NCBI GenBank assembly: GCA_041287585.1
Contig: JBGGNI010000213.1
Coordinates: 7,250 to 71,249, forward strand
Source of the DNA: Xanthobacteraceae bacterium
GTDB lineage: Bacteria > Pseudomonadota > Alphaproteobacteria > Rhizobiales > Xanthobacteraceae
Direction: 5' to 3'
DNA: 64,000 bases
Below, piece after piece: positions 1 through 9,793 of this stretch. Made by a program: the position numbers and the translations under genes. Every line of letters begins with the position of its first letter. The first letter of the stretch is position 1. The notes beneath the pieces are model-generated. The model made no database searches. It was not told the origin of the DNA and was given only the letters and a program-made list of their open reading frames with translations.

Positions 1-1
1 C

Positions 2-802
2 ATCTTCGGCATTCTCGGCGTCATCAACATGGCGCACGGCGAATTGTTCATGCTCGGCGCTTACACGATGTATTTCGCCACCATCGTGCTCGGCATTCCC
101 GCGCCGATCGGGCTGCTCATCTCCACCGGCGTCATGTTCGTGGTCGGGGTAGCGATGGAGCGCAGCCTGATCGCGCCGCTGCGGGCACGGCTCGGCAGCC
201 GCTGGCTGATCGACGGCTATGTGCTGACCATCGGCATCATGGTGGTGCTGCAGAACCTCGCGCTCATCGTGTTCGGTCCGCGCGAATTCGGTGTCGCCGC
301 CTTCTGGCCAGGCCGGCAGGAACTCGGCGACGTGGTCATCTCCAATGAGCGCCTGCTGATCCTCGCCGGTGCGGTGATCACGACCGGGACGCTCGCTGTG
401 TTCCTGAAGAAGACCAATCTCGGCCGCGCCATTCGCGCCACCGCGGAACACCCGGCAGCGGCGCAGGTGCTCGGCATCAATATCGAGCGCATCTACGCCA
501 TCACCTTCGGCATCGGGGCGGCGCTTGCCGGCGCCATAGGCTCGCTGCTGCTCTCGACCTACCCGGCCTATCCGACCGTCGGCGGGGAGGTGCTGCTGAA
601 AGCCTTCGTGGTGGTGATCATCGGCGGGCTGGGCAGCGTGTGGGGCGCCATGCTCGCCGGCCCGCTGCTCGGCCTGATCGAGGCCTATGCCACCGCATTC
701 GCACCGGGGGGCTGGCAGAACACCATCACCTCGCTGCTCGTGCTCGCCGTCCTCGTCCTGCGCCCGCAGGGCCTCTTCAGCCGCCAGGTGACACGGCCAT
801 GA
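2..802 (+). CDS. livH: Branched-chain amino acid (Liv-type) ABC transporter permease, LivH-like, 5'-truncated by window edge
   Basis: Frame is open from base 2 (IFGILGVINMAHGELFMLGAY, the LivH N-terminal motif); GRAIRA..E...A...GIN loop; KAFVVVIIGGLGS; LVLRPQGLF C-terminus. Confidence 0.9.
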   Translation: MFGILGVINMAHGELFMLGAYTMYFATIVLGIPAPIGLLISTGVMFVVGVAMERSLIAPLRARLGSRWLIDGYVLTIGIMVVLQNLALIVFGPREFGVAAFWPGRQELGDVVISNERLLILAGAVITTGTLAVFLKKTNLGRAIRATAEHPAAAQVLGINIERIYAITFGIGAALAGAIGSLLLSTYPAYPTVGGEVLLKAFVVVIIGGLGSVWGAMLAGPLLGLIEAYATAFAPGGWQNTITSLLVLAVLVLRPQGLFSRQVTRP

Positions 803-1824
803 TGCGTTCGCTCCTCGACAGCATCCGGCTCCCGAAGCCGTATGAGATCGCCATCTGCGCGCTGCTTGCCGTGCTGGCCGCCATACCGGGCATCGTCGGC
901 GGACGCTATGTGCCGGCGGTGTTCACCTCGATCCTGCTGTTCTTCATTCTCGGCGCGCTGTTTGACTTCATGCTCGGCTATCTGCGCATCGTGAACTTCG
1001 GCATTGCCGGGTTCCTGTGCGCCGGTGCCTATGGCTCGGCGCTCAGCGTGCAGTATTTTCACATCACGCCGTGGACCGGCCTGCTGGTGGGGGGACTGGC
1101 CTCGGCCCTGATCGGCCTCATCACCGGCGTCCTCACGCTGCGGCTTCGCGGCATCTATATCGGCCTGACGACGCTGTTCGTCATGGAGACGCTGCGCTTC
1201 ACCATCTCGAACGCCCGCGACATCACCCGCGGCGCCTCGGGGCTGACGGTGAAGGGCTTCACGCCGCTGTTCGACATCTCGTTCCCGCGCAGCGATCCGC
1301 TGGGCTATTACTACATCCTGCTGATCCTGGTGTGCGTGACCTACGCGATACTGTACGCCATCGTCCGCTCCCGCATCGGGCTGGTGTTCAAGGCGGTGCG
1401 CGACGACGAACTCGGCACCAGCGTGCTGGGCATCGATGTGGTGCGCTACAAGCTGTTCAACTTCGTCGTCGCCAGCTTTTTCGTCGGCGTGTTCGGGGCC
1501 TTCTATGCCCACTACATCGGAATATTGGTACCGACCACTGAAGAATTCGGCATACAGCGCACCGTCGAAATCCTGACCATCGCCTATGTCGGCGGCCGCG
1601 GAACGCTGTGGGGCTCGCTGCTCGGTGCGCTGTTCCTGGTCGGCATGCAGGAAGTGCTGCGCGATCTTCAGGAGTGGCGGCTCGTCATCTATGGCCTGTC
1701 GTTGATCCTGATCATCACGGTGTTTCCGAGCGGCTTCGCCGGCGCGCTGCGCGGGCTCTACGACCGCCTTTCATCCCTCCGGCCTGCTGTTGCGCCACAA
1801 AACTCCATCAAAGGGGACGCCTGA
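799..1824 (+). CDS. livM: Branched-chain amino acid ABC transporter permease, LivM-like
   Basis: ATGA overlap with upstream stop; LRLRGIY, ITRGASG, SRIGLVFKAVRDDE, VGGRGTLWG motifs; hydrophobic. Confidence 0.88.
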   Translation: MMRSLLDSIRLPKPYEIAICALLAVLAAIPGIVGGRYVPAVFTSILLFFILGALFDFMLGYLRIVNFGIAGFLCAGAYGSALSVQYFHITPWTGLLVGGLASALIGLITGVLTLRLRGIYIGLTTLFVMETLRFTISNARDITRGASGLTVKGFTPLFDISFPRSDPLGYYYILLILVCVTYAILYAIVRSRIGLVFKAVRDDELGTSVLGIDVVRYKLFNFVVASFFVGVFGAFYAHYIGILVPTTEEFGIQRTVEILTIAYVGGRGTLWGSLLGALFLVGMQEVLRDLQEWRLVIYGLSLILIITVFPSGFAGALRGLYDRLSSLRPAVAPQNSIKGDA

Positions 1825-3197
1825 TGTTCGACACGCCAAATTCCGCGGAAGCACGCGACGTTCGCCATCATCTGCACTCATACTCCAACCCCAGGCGCCT
1901 CGATGAGACCGGCCCGCTGGTGATCGAGCGCGGCGAGGGGATCTATGTCTTCGACAGTGCCGGCAAGCGCTATCTCGAAGGCGTCTCGGCGCTTTGGTAT
2001 GCCTCGCTGGGCTTCAGCGAGAAGCGGCTGGTGGAGGCGGCATACCGGCAGATGCAGATGCTGCCCTGCTATCACTCGTTCGGCCACAAGGTCACCGAGA
2101 ACGCCGTCGATCTCGCGGAGATGCTGATCGCGATCGCCCCGGTGCCGATGTCCAAGGTGTATTTCTGCGGCTCCGGCTCGGAGGGCAACGACACCGCGTT
2201 GAAGGTCGTGCGCTACGTCAACAACGCACTCGGGCGGCCGGCGAAGAAGAAGGTGATCTCCCGCATCCGCGGCTATCACGGCACCACGCTGGCCACGGCC
2301 AGCCTGACCGGCATTGCGCGCAACCACACCAGCTTCGATTTGCCGATCGACGGCATATTGCACACCGATTGCCCGCTTTATTACCGCTACGGTGAAGCCG
2401 GCGAGAGCGAAGCCGCCTTCGTCGACCGCATCGTCGGCAATCTGGAACAGATGATCCTGCGCGAAGGCCCGGAAACCATCGCGGCATTCTGGGCCGAGCC
2501 CATTCTCGGCTCCGGCGGCGTCATCGTTCCGCCGGAAGGCTATTATGAAAAAGTCCAGGCGCTGCTTCGCAAATACGACATCCTGTTCGTCGTCGACGAG
2601 GTGATCTGCGGCTTCGGCCGGCTCGGCCACATGTTCGGATCGCAGGCCTTCGGGCTTGAGCCGGACATGATCATCGTCGCCAAGGCGCTGTCGTCCGGCT
2701 ATCAGCCGATCGCCGCGCTGCTGGTCAATGAGAAGGTGTTTTCCGGCCTGTCGCAGGAGGCCGACAAGATCGGCGTTTTCGGCCACGGCTTCACCTATTC
2801 GGCCCATCCGGTGCCGACGGCGGTGGCGATAGAGACGCTGAAAATCTATGAGGAACGCGACATCATCGCGCATGTGCGCGCCGTCTCGCCGCGCTTTCAG
2901 GACGGCTTGCGGGCGTTCGCCGGCAACCCGTTCGTCGGCGACGTGCGCGGCCTCGGGCTGATCGCCGGTCTTGAGATCGTCAAGGACAAGACCACCCGCG
3001 AGAATTTCCCCCCGGAACGGCGCGCCGCACTCGAACTGGAGATGCTGTGCCTCGATGAAGGCCTCGTGGTGCGCGCCATCGGCGACACCGTCGCCCTATC
3101 GCCGCCGCTGATCATCACCGAGCGGGAGATCGATGAACTGCTCGCCAGCTTCGGGCGCGGTCTTGCGCGCTTCACCGCCCAGATGAGTGTCCGCTGA
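1824..3197 (+). CDS. Class-III (omega-amino acid/amine) PLP-dependent aminotransferase
   Basis: TGATG coupling to livM; GYHGTT, AEPILGSGG, DEVICGFGRLG, PDMIIVAK (PLP lysine), HGFTYSAHP. Confidence 0.92.
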   Translation: MFDTPNSAEARDVRHHLHSYSNPRRLDETGPLVIERGEGIYVFDSAGKRYLEGVSALWYASLGFSEKRLVEAAYRQMQMLPCYHSFGHKVTENAVDLAEMLIAIAPVPMSKVYFCGSGSEGNDTALKVVRYVNNALGRPAKKKVISRIRGYHGTTLATASLTGIARNHTSFDLPIDGILHTDCPLYYRYGEAGESEAAFVDRIVGNLEQMILREGPETIAAFWAEPILGSGGVIVPPEGYYEKVQALLRKYDILFVVDEVICGFGRLGHMFGSQAFGLEPDMIIVAKALSSGYQPIAALLVNEKVFSGLSQEADKIGVFGHGFTYSAHPVPTAVAIETLKIYEERDIIAHVRAVSPRFQDGLRAFAGNPFVGDVRGLGLIAGLEIVKDKTTRENFPPERRAALELEMLCLDEGLVVRAIGDTVALSPPLIITEREIDELLASFGRGLARFTAQMSVR

Positions 3198-4648
3198 TGA
3201 ATGCCCCCCAAGCCGGAATGGCCGTCTTCCGCAATCTCGTCGCCGGCGAATGGCTGCTGGGAGACGGCGCGCGCGTCAACGACAATCCCTCCGACACCGG
3301 CGACATTGTCGGCGAGTACGCCAACGCCACCGCGGCGCAGGTGAGGGATGCCGCAGCCGCCGCCAAGGCCGCCGGAACCGCATGGGCGGTGGCCCCGCCC
3401 GGCGTGCGCTCCGACCTGCTGCGCCGGATCGCCGACGAGATCGAGCGCCGCCGCGACGAACTCGCTCTGCTGCTGTCCCGCGAGGAAGGCAAGGCGCTGC
3501 GGGACGCGCGCGGCGAAGTCGCCCGCGCGGCGGACATTTTCCGCTTCTATTCGGGCGAGGTGTTCCGCATGGCGGGCGAGCGCACGCCCTCGCTGCGGAC
3601 CGGCGTCACCATCGAGGTGCTGTATGAGCCGGTCGGCGTCGTCGGCCTGATCACGCCGTGGAACTTCCCCATCCTCATACCGGCGTGGAAGATCGCGCCG
3701 GCGCTGGCCTATGGCAACGCCGTGCTGTTCAAGCCGAGCGAACTGGTGCCGGGCTCCGCCTGGGCGCTGGCCGACATCATCGACCAGGCCGGCTGCCCGA
3801 AGGGCCTGTTCAGCCTGCTGATGGGCGACGGCTCGGTCGGCCGGCAGATCGTCGAGGCGGTCGATGCCGTCAGCTTCACCGGCTCGGTCGCCACCGGCAC
3901 CGCGGTCGCCCAGCTCGCCGCGGCCCGCATGATCCCGGCGCAATGCGAGCTTGGCGGCAAGAACCCGCTGGTGATCGCCGCCGATGCCGACCTCGATGTC
4001 GCGGTCGATTGCGCGGTGCAGGGCTCGTTCATCCAGACCGGCCAGCGCTGCACGGCGTCCAGCCGGATCATCGTCGATGTCGAGCGCATCGAGCGCTTCA
4101 CGCAGGCGCTGGCCAGCCGCATGGGCCAATTGGTGGTCGACGTCGGGACGAGCCTGGATACCGACATCGGGCCGGTGGTCGATGCGCGGCAACTGGCCAA
4201 GGACCTGTCCTATATCGAGCTGGCCGGCGCGGAAGGCGCCCGGCTGGTGACGGGCGGGGAACGGCTGCAACGGCGGACTCCCGGCCATTTTCTGTCGCCG
4301 GCGCTGTTCACCGACACCACCAACCAGATGCGGGTCAACCGGGAAGAGATTTTCGGACCCATTGCCTGCATCATCCCGGTGCGCGGCTATGAGGAGGCGC
4401 TGGCGGTGTCCAACGACACCGAATTCGGCCTCTCCGCCAGCATCGTCACCGGCTCGCTGAAGCTGGCCCAGCACTTCAAGGCGAACGCCAGGAGCGGCCT
4501 CACCATGGTGAACCTGCCCACCGCCGGCGTCGAATTCCACGTCCCGCTGAGCGGCCTCAAATCGTCCAGCTACGGACAGGCCGAGATGGGCCATCATGCG
4601 ATGCGCTTCTACACCAAGGTGCGCACCGCCTACACCTTCGCCGCCTGA
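3197..4648 (+). CDS. NAD(P)-dependent aldehyde dehydrogenase
   Basis: ITPWNFP, FKPSE, SFTGS, ELGGKNP (catalytic Glu), GQRCTA (catalytic Cys), EEIFGP. Confidence 0.95.
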   Translation: MNAPQAGMAVFRNLVAGEWLLGDGARVNDNPSDTGDIVGEYANATAAQVRDAAAAAKAAGTAWAVAPPGVRSDLLRRIADEIERRRDELALLLSREEGKALRDARGEVARAADIFRFYSGEVFRMAGERTPSLRTGVTIEVLYEPVGVVGLITPWNFPILIPAWKIAPALAYGNAVLFKPSELVPGSAWALADIIDQAGCPKGLFSLLMGDGSVGRQIVEAVDAVSFTGSVATGTAVAQLAAARMIPAQCELGGKNPLVIAADADLDVAVDCAVQGSFIQTGQRCTASSRIIVDVERIERFTQALASRMGQLVVDVGTSLDTDIGPVVDARQLAKDLSYIELAGAEGARLVTGGERLQRRTPGHFLSPALFTDTTNQMRVNREEIFGPIACIIPVRGYEEALAVSNDTEFGLSASIVTGSLKLAQHFKANARSGLTMVNLPTAGVEFHVPLSGLKSSSYGQAEMGHHAMRFYTKVRTAYTFAA

Positions 4649-4662
4649 CGGGACCACAGCAG

Positions 4663-6453
4663 ATGGACACCTCATTCACCACACGGCCCGAGATCAAGGG
4701 CACGTTCGGCGTCGTCACCAGCACGCACTGGATCGCCTCGGCGGTCGGCATGTCGATCCTCGAGCGCGGCGGCAATGCGTTCGACGCGGCGGTGGCGACC
4801 GGCTTCGTGCTGCAGATCGTCGAGCCGCATCTGAACGGTCCCGGCGGCGAGGTGCCGATCATCTTCTGGAAAGCGGGCGAGGACGAGCCGCAGGTGCTGT
4901 GCGGCCAGGGCATCGCGCCGGCCGCGGCGAGCATAGCGGCCTATGAGGCGCTCGGCCTGCGCCTGGTGCCGGGTACCGGCCTGCTCGCCTCCGTGGTGCC
5001 CGGCTCGTTCGATGCCTGGATGCTGCTACTGCGCGACCACGGCACGATGGACCTTGCGACCGTGCTGGAACCGGCCATCGGCTACGCGCTGAACGGCTTT
5101 CCGCTGGTGCGGCGCGCCGTGCAGGCGATCCATGCGGTGGAGGAGTTCTTCCGCAAGGAGTGGCCCAGTTCCGCCGCCGTCTGGCTGCCGAACGACCGCC
5201 GGCCGGTGCCGGACGCGCTGTTCCGCACGCCCGCCATCGGCGAGACCTATCGGCGCATCTGCGATGAGGCCCGCGCGGCGGGCGGCGACCGCGTGGCGCA
5301 GATCGAAGCGGCCCGCGCCGCCTTCTATCGCGGCTTCGTCGCCGAGGCGATCGACGGCTTCTATCGGCACAACGAGCTGATGGACACCAGCGGCCGCAAG
5401 CATCGCGGCCTGCTCGATGCGGACGACATGGCGTCGTGGCAGGCCAGCTATGAGCGGCCGGTGTCGTATGATTATCACGGCACGCGGGTCTACAAGACCG
5501 GGCCCTGGGGGCAGGGGCCGGTGTTCCTGCAAATATTGGCGCTGCTGAAAGATTTCGACCTCGCCGGCATGGACCCGGTCGGCGACGACTATGTGCATCT
5601 CATCACCGAGTGCACCAAGCTCGCCATGGCCGATCGCGATGCCTTCTATGGCGACCCGAATTTCGTCGACGTCCCGCTCGAAACGCTGCTGTCCGACGAC
5701 TACAATGCGCAGCGCCGCACGCTCATCGGCCCCGACGCCTCACTCGACATCCGGCCGGGCGCACTTGCGCATGCAGAAGCGGCGCTTGCGGCGCTGCTGG
5801 AGCGGGCGGGCTGCGAGGTTCCGGTGGGGCCGGGAATGGGCGAGCCGACCTTCATCGATCTGCCGGAGGTCGAGGGCGACACCGTCCATTTCGACATCAT
5901 CGACCGTTGGGGCAATGTGGTCTCGGCAACCCCGAGCGGCGGCTGGCTGCAGAGCTCGCCGGTGATCCCGGAGCTCGGCTTCCCGATTTCGACCCGTTGC
6001 CAGATGTTCTGGCTCGACCCCGCGCTGCCGTCTTCGCTCGCACCGCGCAAGCGTCCGCGCACCACGCTGTCGCCGACCATGGTGGGGCGCGGGGGCAAGC
6101 CGAGGCTCGCGCTCGGCACGCCGGGCGGCGACCAGCAGGACCAGTGGGCCTCCACTGTGCTGCTGCGCCATCTGCACCACCGCTTCAATCTTCAGGCCGC
6201 CATCGACGCGCCGCTGTTCAACACCCGCCACGGACCGGCTTCGTTCTATCCGCGCAGCCGCGCGCCGGGCGAGCTGCTGATCGAGAGCCGGTTCCCCGCC
6301 CCGACGCTGGAGCGGCTGGCCGAGCGTGGCCATCGGCTCAAGATCGAAGGACCCTGGTCGCTCGGCCGGGTGTGCGCCGCCGGCATTGCGGACGGGATGC
6401 TCCACGCCGGCGCGACGCCGCGCTTCATGCAGGGCTACGCCATTGGTCGATGA
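4663..6453 (+). CDS. ggt: Gamma-glutamyltransferase family Ntn-hydrolase, no signal peptide
   Basis: GGNAFDAAVA, VEPHLNGPGG, GD-T-VHFDIID (autoprocessing Thr), PRKRPRTTLSP, GTPGGDQQ. Confidence 0.9.
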   Translation: MDTSFTTRPEIKGTFGVVTSTHWIASAVGMSILERGGNAFDAAVATGFVLQIVEPHLNGPGGEVPIIFWKAGEDEPQVLCGQGIAPAAASIAAYEALGLRLVPGTGLLASVVPGSFDAWMLLLRDHGTMDLATVLEPAIGYALNGFPLVRRAVQAIHAVEEFFRKEWPSSAAVWLPNDRRPVPDALFRTPAIGETYRRICDEARAAGGDRVAQIEAARAAFYRGFVAEAIDGFYRHNELMDTSGRKHRGLLDADDMASWQASYERPVSYDYHGTRVYKTGPWGQGPVFLQILALLKDFDLAGMDPVGDDYVHLITECTKLAMADRDAFYGDPNFVDVPLETLLSDDYNAQRRTLIGPDASLDIRPGALAHAEAALAALLERAGCEVPVGPGMGEPTFIDLPEVEGDTVHFDIIDRWGNVVSATPSGGWLQSSPVIPELGFPISTRCQMFWLDPALPSSLAPRKRPRTTLSPTMVGRGGKPRLALGTPGGDQQDQWASTVLLRHLHHRFNLQAAIDAPLFNTRHGPASFYPRSRAPGELLIESRFPAPTLERLAERGHRLKIEGPWSLGRVCAAGIADGMLHAGATPRFMQGYAIGR

Positions 6454-6457
6454 CAAC

Positions 6458-6946
6458 ATGCTACGTGCCGAAGACTATTGTGAGCTCGGCGCCCGTTACT
6501 TGAAGGCGCGGGGCAGCATCGAACTGTTCGGCGCCGTCGAGCAGATGGCGCGCGAGCGGATCGGCTTCAAGCTTCTCACCATGCTCCATCTGTCGTCCGA
6601 TGGCGAGGAAGTGCGCCGCCTCTACACCACCGATCCGGTCCATTATCCGGTGTCCGGCCGCGAGAAGCTCGGCAGGACCGCCTGGGGCCAGCGCGTGCTG
6701 GTGGAGCAGCAGCCTTATCTCGGCGTGGACTCCGCTGGGGTGCGCTGGGCGTTTCCGGCAGATTTCGACCTGATCTCCAGCCTTGGGCTGGGGTCGACGA
6801 TGAATGTACCGATTGTCGCCTTGGGTAAAACACTAGGATCGCTGAATATCCTGAATGTCGCGCATGCCTATGATCAGCGTCACATGGCGGCCGCGATCAG
6901 CCTCGCGCCCTACCTCACCGCGGCATTTCTGCGTGAGATGGATTGA
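6458..6946 (+). CDS. Stand-alone GAF-domain protein
   Basis: About 162 aa from ATG 6458; RRLYTTDPVHYPVSGRE, DLISSLGLGSTMNVPIV..GKTLGSLNIL pattern typical of small GAF proteins. Confidence 0.75.
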   Translation: MLRAEDYCELGARYLKARGSIELFGAVEQMARERIGFKLLTMLHLSSDGEEVRRLYTTDPVHYPVSGREKLGRTAWGQRVLVEQQPYLGVDSAGVRWAFPADFDLISSLGLGSTMNVPIVALGKTLGSLNILNVAHAYDQRHMAAAISLAPYLTAAFLREMD

Positions 6947-6964
6947 GCGCGGTGAAATCGCTGG

Positions 6965-7963
6965 CTAGGTCGACAGCTTCTTCGCATTCATCGTCAAGGT
7001 GACAATGATACCCTCGCTGGACCAGTCGGTTTTAATGCTCCCGCCGAGCGAGCCGGTCACGCTGCGGTGGAGCAGCTTGCTGCCGTAGCCTTCGTCCGCC
7101 GGCGGCTCGACCGACGGACCGCCCCGCTCCGTCCAGGCGATGCAGACGTCGCTCTCCGTGCTGGTTCCCGAAATATCGAGCATTCCCGATCCGACCGAGA
7201 GCGCGCCGTATTTCACGGAATTGGTCGCAAGCTCGTGGATGACCAGCGCCAAAGTGGTTGCCGCCTGTTCGCCGACGCCCATCCGGGGCACCGCAACGCG
7301 GATCCGCCCGCTGAAGGCGCCGGAGTCGTCGTAGGGCGCCAGCAGTACCGCGATGATATCGCCCAGCAAGGCCGCCCGGCCCTGATGCCCCGGCAGCGGA
7401 CGCACCGCGTCGTGCGCTCGGCCGAGCGCAGCCAGGCGGGCGGTCAGTTCCTTCGCCATGTCCTTGACCGAAGTGGCCGAGCGCGACGTCATCGATGTGA
7501 GGCCGGCCGCGATCGCCAGGAGGTTCTTCACCCTGTGGCTCATCTCGCCGGCGAGCAGTTCGTGGCCCTCTTCCGCCTGCTTGCGTCCGGTGACGTCGAG
7601 GAACACGCCGGACATCTGGCCCTTGTGCAGACCTTCGTCATTGCCGAGGCCGCGCGCCGACACCCATCGGATTTCGTCGCCGATCAGAATGCGGAAGTCG
7701 ATTTCATACGCACCGACGATCGCACGCGTCGCGGTGAACGCGGCCCGCACCCGGTCGCGGTCCGCCGGGTGAATGCGGGACGACAGATCCTCGAACGTCA
7801 CCTTTCTTGTCTGCGGCAGCCCCCAAAGCGCGAAGCCTTGCTCGTCCATCGCAAAAGCGTCGCTCTCGACCGTCCATGACCAAAGCGCCACGCCCGCCGC
7901 ATGGAGGGCACGCTTCAGGTTCTGCGTTTCCCACAGGGGATGGCTCTCGTCGCTGAAGGGCAT
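6965..7963 (-). CDS. PAS-domain HWE-family sensor histidine kinase
   Basis: PAS fold (IHPADRDRV, YEIDFRI, IRWVSARG, DVTGRKQAEE); H-box EMSHRVKNLLA; HELATNSVKYGALS; WTERGGP; GYGSKLL. Confidence 0.9.
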   Translation of the reverse strand: MPFSDESHPLWETQNLKRALHAAGVALWSWTVESDAFAMDEQGFALWGLPQTRKVTFEDLSSRIHPADRDRVRAAFTATRAIVGAYEIDFRILIGDEIRWVSARGLGNDEGLHKGQMSGVFLDVTGRKQAEEGHELLAGEMSHRVKNLLAIAAGLTSMTSRSATSVKDMAKELTARLAALGRAHDAVRPLPGHQGRAALLGDIIAVLLAPYDDSGAFSGRIRVAVPRMGVGEQAATTLALVIHELATNSVKYGALSVGSGMLDISGTSTESDVCIAWTERGGPSVEPPADEGYGSKLLHRSVTGSLGGSIKTDWSSEGIIVTLTMNAKKLST

Positions 7964-8031
7964 GCCTGTCTCCGTCTCTGACGGTTTGAGCAGATCATGC
8001 CCCGCTGCGCCAGCGGCGATAAAACACGGCC

Positions 8032-8814
8032 TCAGATGAACTGGACGGCGACGCTGCCCAGCGGTCCGAAGTCGGCATGGAGCGTATCGCCCTTGGCTGC
8101 CCATACCGGGCGGGTGAAGGAGCCGGAAAGCATGAGATGGCCGGGCTCCAGCACGGTGCCGAACCGACCGACCTTGTTGGCGAGCCAGGCGATGGCCATT
8201 GCCGGGTTGCCGAGCACGCCGGCAGCCAGACCCGTCTCCTCGATTTCGGAATTGCGGTAGAACACCGCCCCGACCCAGCGCAGATCAACGTCGGTCGGCC
8301 GGACCGGCCGCCCACCAAGGACGATGCCGGCGGCAGCGCCATTGTCGGCGACGGTGTCGGTGATCTTGCGCGGATTCTGTACGCGGGCGTCGATGATCTC
8401 GATGGATGGCACCACCCATTCCGTCGCCCGCAGCACGTCCACCATGCCGACACCCGGGCCCTTGAGCGGCTCCTTCAAGATGAAGGTAAGCTCCGGTTCG
8501 ACCCGTGGCACGCAGAAATCATCGAAATTCACCTTGGCACCGTCATTGAGCAGCATGGTGTCGAGCAGATGGCCGTAGTCCGGCTCGTCGATCTGGGACG
8601 AGGCCTGCATGGCCTTGGAGGTGAGGCCGATCTTATGGCCGATCAGCTTCGCGCCGTTCCTAATCTTGTGTTCGGTCACCATGCTGGAGATGGCGTAGGA
8701 ATCTTCGATCTCGATGCCGGGATATTGCTTCGAGAGCTGCACCGCGGGCGTGCGCGTGCGCTCGGCTTCGAGAAGAATGGCAACGGCGTTCTGGCGTTCG
8801 GTGTCGGTCAGCAT
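8032..8814 (-). CDS. hpaH: 2-oxo-hept-4-ene-1,7-dioate hydratase-like (HpcG/HpaH, FAH superfamily)
   Basis: GHKIGLTSKAMQ, DEPDYGHL, PRVEPEL, EIIDAR, DTVADNGA, EETGLAAGVLGNPA, LSGSFTRP. Confidence 0.85.
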   Translation of the reverse strand: MLTDTERQNAVAILLEAERTRTPAVQLSKQYPGIEIEDSYAISSMVTEHKIRNGAKLIGHKIGLTSKAMQASSQIDEPDYGHLLDTMLLNDGAKVNFDDFCVPRVEPELTFILKEPLKGPGVGMVDVLRATEWVVPSIEIIDARVQNPRKITDTVADNGAAAGIVLGGRPVRPTDVDLRWVGAVFYRNSEIEETGLAAGVLGNPAMAIAWLANKVGRFGTVLEPGHLMLSGSFTRPVWAAKGDTLHADFGPLGSVAVQFI

Positions 8815-8852
8815 GTCGGTCCATCGTCTGAAGTGGGAGCGGAGAAGAACGG

Positions 8853-9545
8853 TCAGACGCCAGGCAGTTCGTGGCGGCTCATGGAAAGGCGGATCTGTTC
8901 GGCGGTCCGCAGAATGTGCTGCTCGGCCAGGCGGCAGGCTTTCAAAGCCTGGCGGTCGATCGCGGCGCGATAGATGGCGACATGCTCCTCGTGAACGTCC
9001 CGCCGACCACCCGACACTAGGCGCGAAACGCGGCGGTAGCGCTCGGACTGCTGGTACAGTTGCTCACACAGGCGGGTGAGATTGGGCGAGCCGGAGCCGG
9101 AAACCAGCGCGGCATGGAAAGCGTGGTTGCGCTCCTCCCATTCGTCGAGCAACGCGGATGAGCGCTCCCTGCCCGGCGGGGGAAGGCTTTCCTCAAGCTG
9201 AGACAGCCGCTCGAATGCCTCCACCACCCGGCGCTCCCACACCGCGGCGCCTTTGACGATCGAGGCGCTCAGGGCCTCGGTTTCCACCATGGCCCGGACC
9301 CGCGAAACATCGTCGATCTCGTCCATCGGCAGCGGCGCGACCCAGAAGCCGCGCTGGCCCTCGGAGACGACGAGCAGATCGCCTTGCAGGCGGGCCAAAG
9401 CCTCGCGCAGGGGCGACATGCCGACGGCGCAGTCCTTCACCAGCGCCTCAAGCTTGAGCTTCTGGCCGGCAGGCAGCTGGCCATCAAGAATATCCGACCG
9501 CAGCTTCCGATAGGCCTTGTCCGCAAGGGTCTTGTCTGCGCGCAC
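8853..9545 (-). CDS. GntR family (FCD domain) transcriptional regulator
   Basis: wHTH (VGMSPLREALARL..GQRGFWV); FCD NHAFHAAL, EEHVAI; GGAGG upstream of GTG. Confidence 0.9.
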   Translation of the reverse strand: MRADKTLADKAYRKLRSDILDGQLPAGQKLKLEALVKDCAVGMSPLREALARLQGDLLVVSEGQRGFWVAPLPMDEIDDVSRVRAMVETEALSASIVKGAAVWERRVVEAFERLSQLEESLPPPGRERSSALLDEWEERNHAFHAALVSGSGSPNLTRLCEQLYQQSERYRRVSRLVSGGRRDVHEEHVAIYRAAIDRQALKACRLAEQHILRTAEQIRLSMSRHELPGV

Positions 9546-9581
9546 CGCGGCCGCCTCCGTTTTGCCCTAGGCATACCGATA

Positions 9582-9656
9582 AATTCCGAAATTACAATCG
9601 AGATACGCCGCCGCATCGTCATAACGGCCGAGCGTCTTGCAAATAATTTCGAAATT
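9582..9656. promoter_or_regulatory. Putative operator pair AATT(C/T)CGAAATT in the gntR/bug divergent promoter
   Basis: Perfect 12-bp palindrome AATTTCGAAATT at 9645-9656 and a one-mismatch copy AATTCCGAAATT at 9582-9593 in an AT-rich intergenic region. Confidence 0.55.
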
Positions 9657-9793
9657 TAATAAGCCTGCTGGTGTTTGGAAATGCCATATGAGGGTCGACC
9701 GGCGGAGCCGCCGGACGTCACCTCGACCGAACCGGCCAAAACACATCATCAAGGCCGGAAATCAAAGCCAAACGGAAGATCTGGGAGAGACGA

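Noticed and set aside
6965-7963. LOV blue-light photoreceptor kinase
   Set aside because: No GxNCRFLQ motif in the PAS domain
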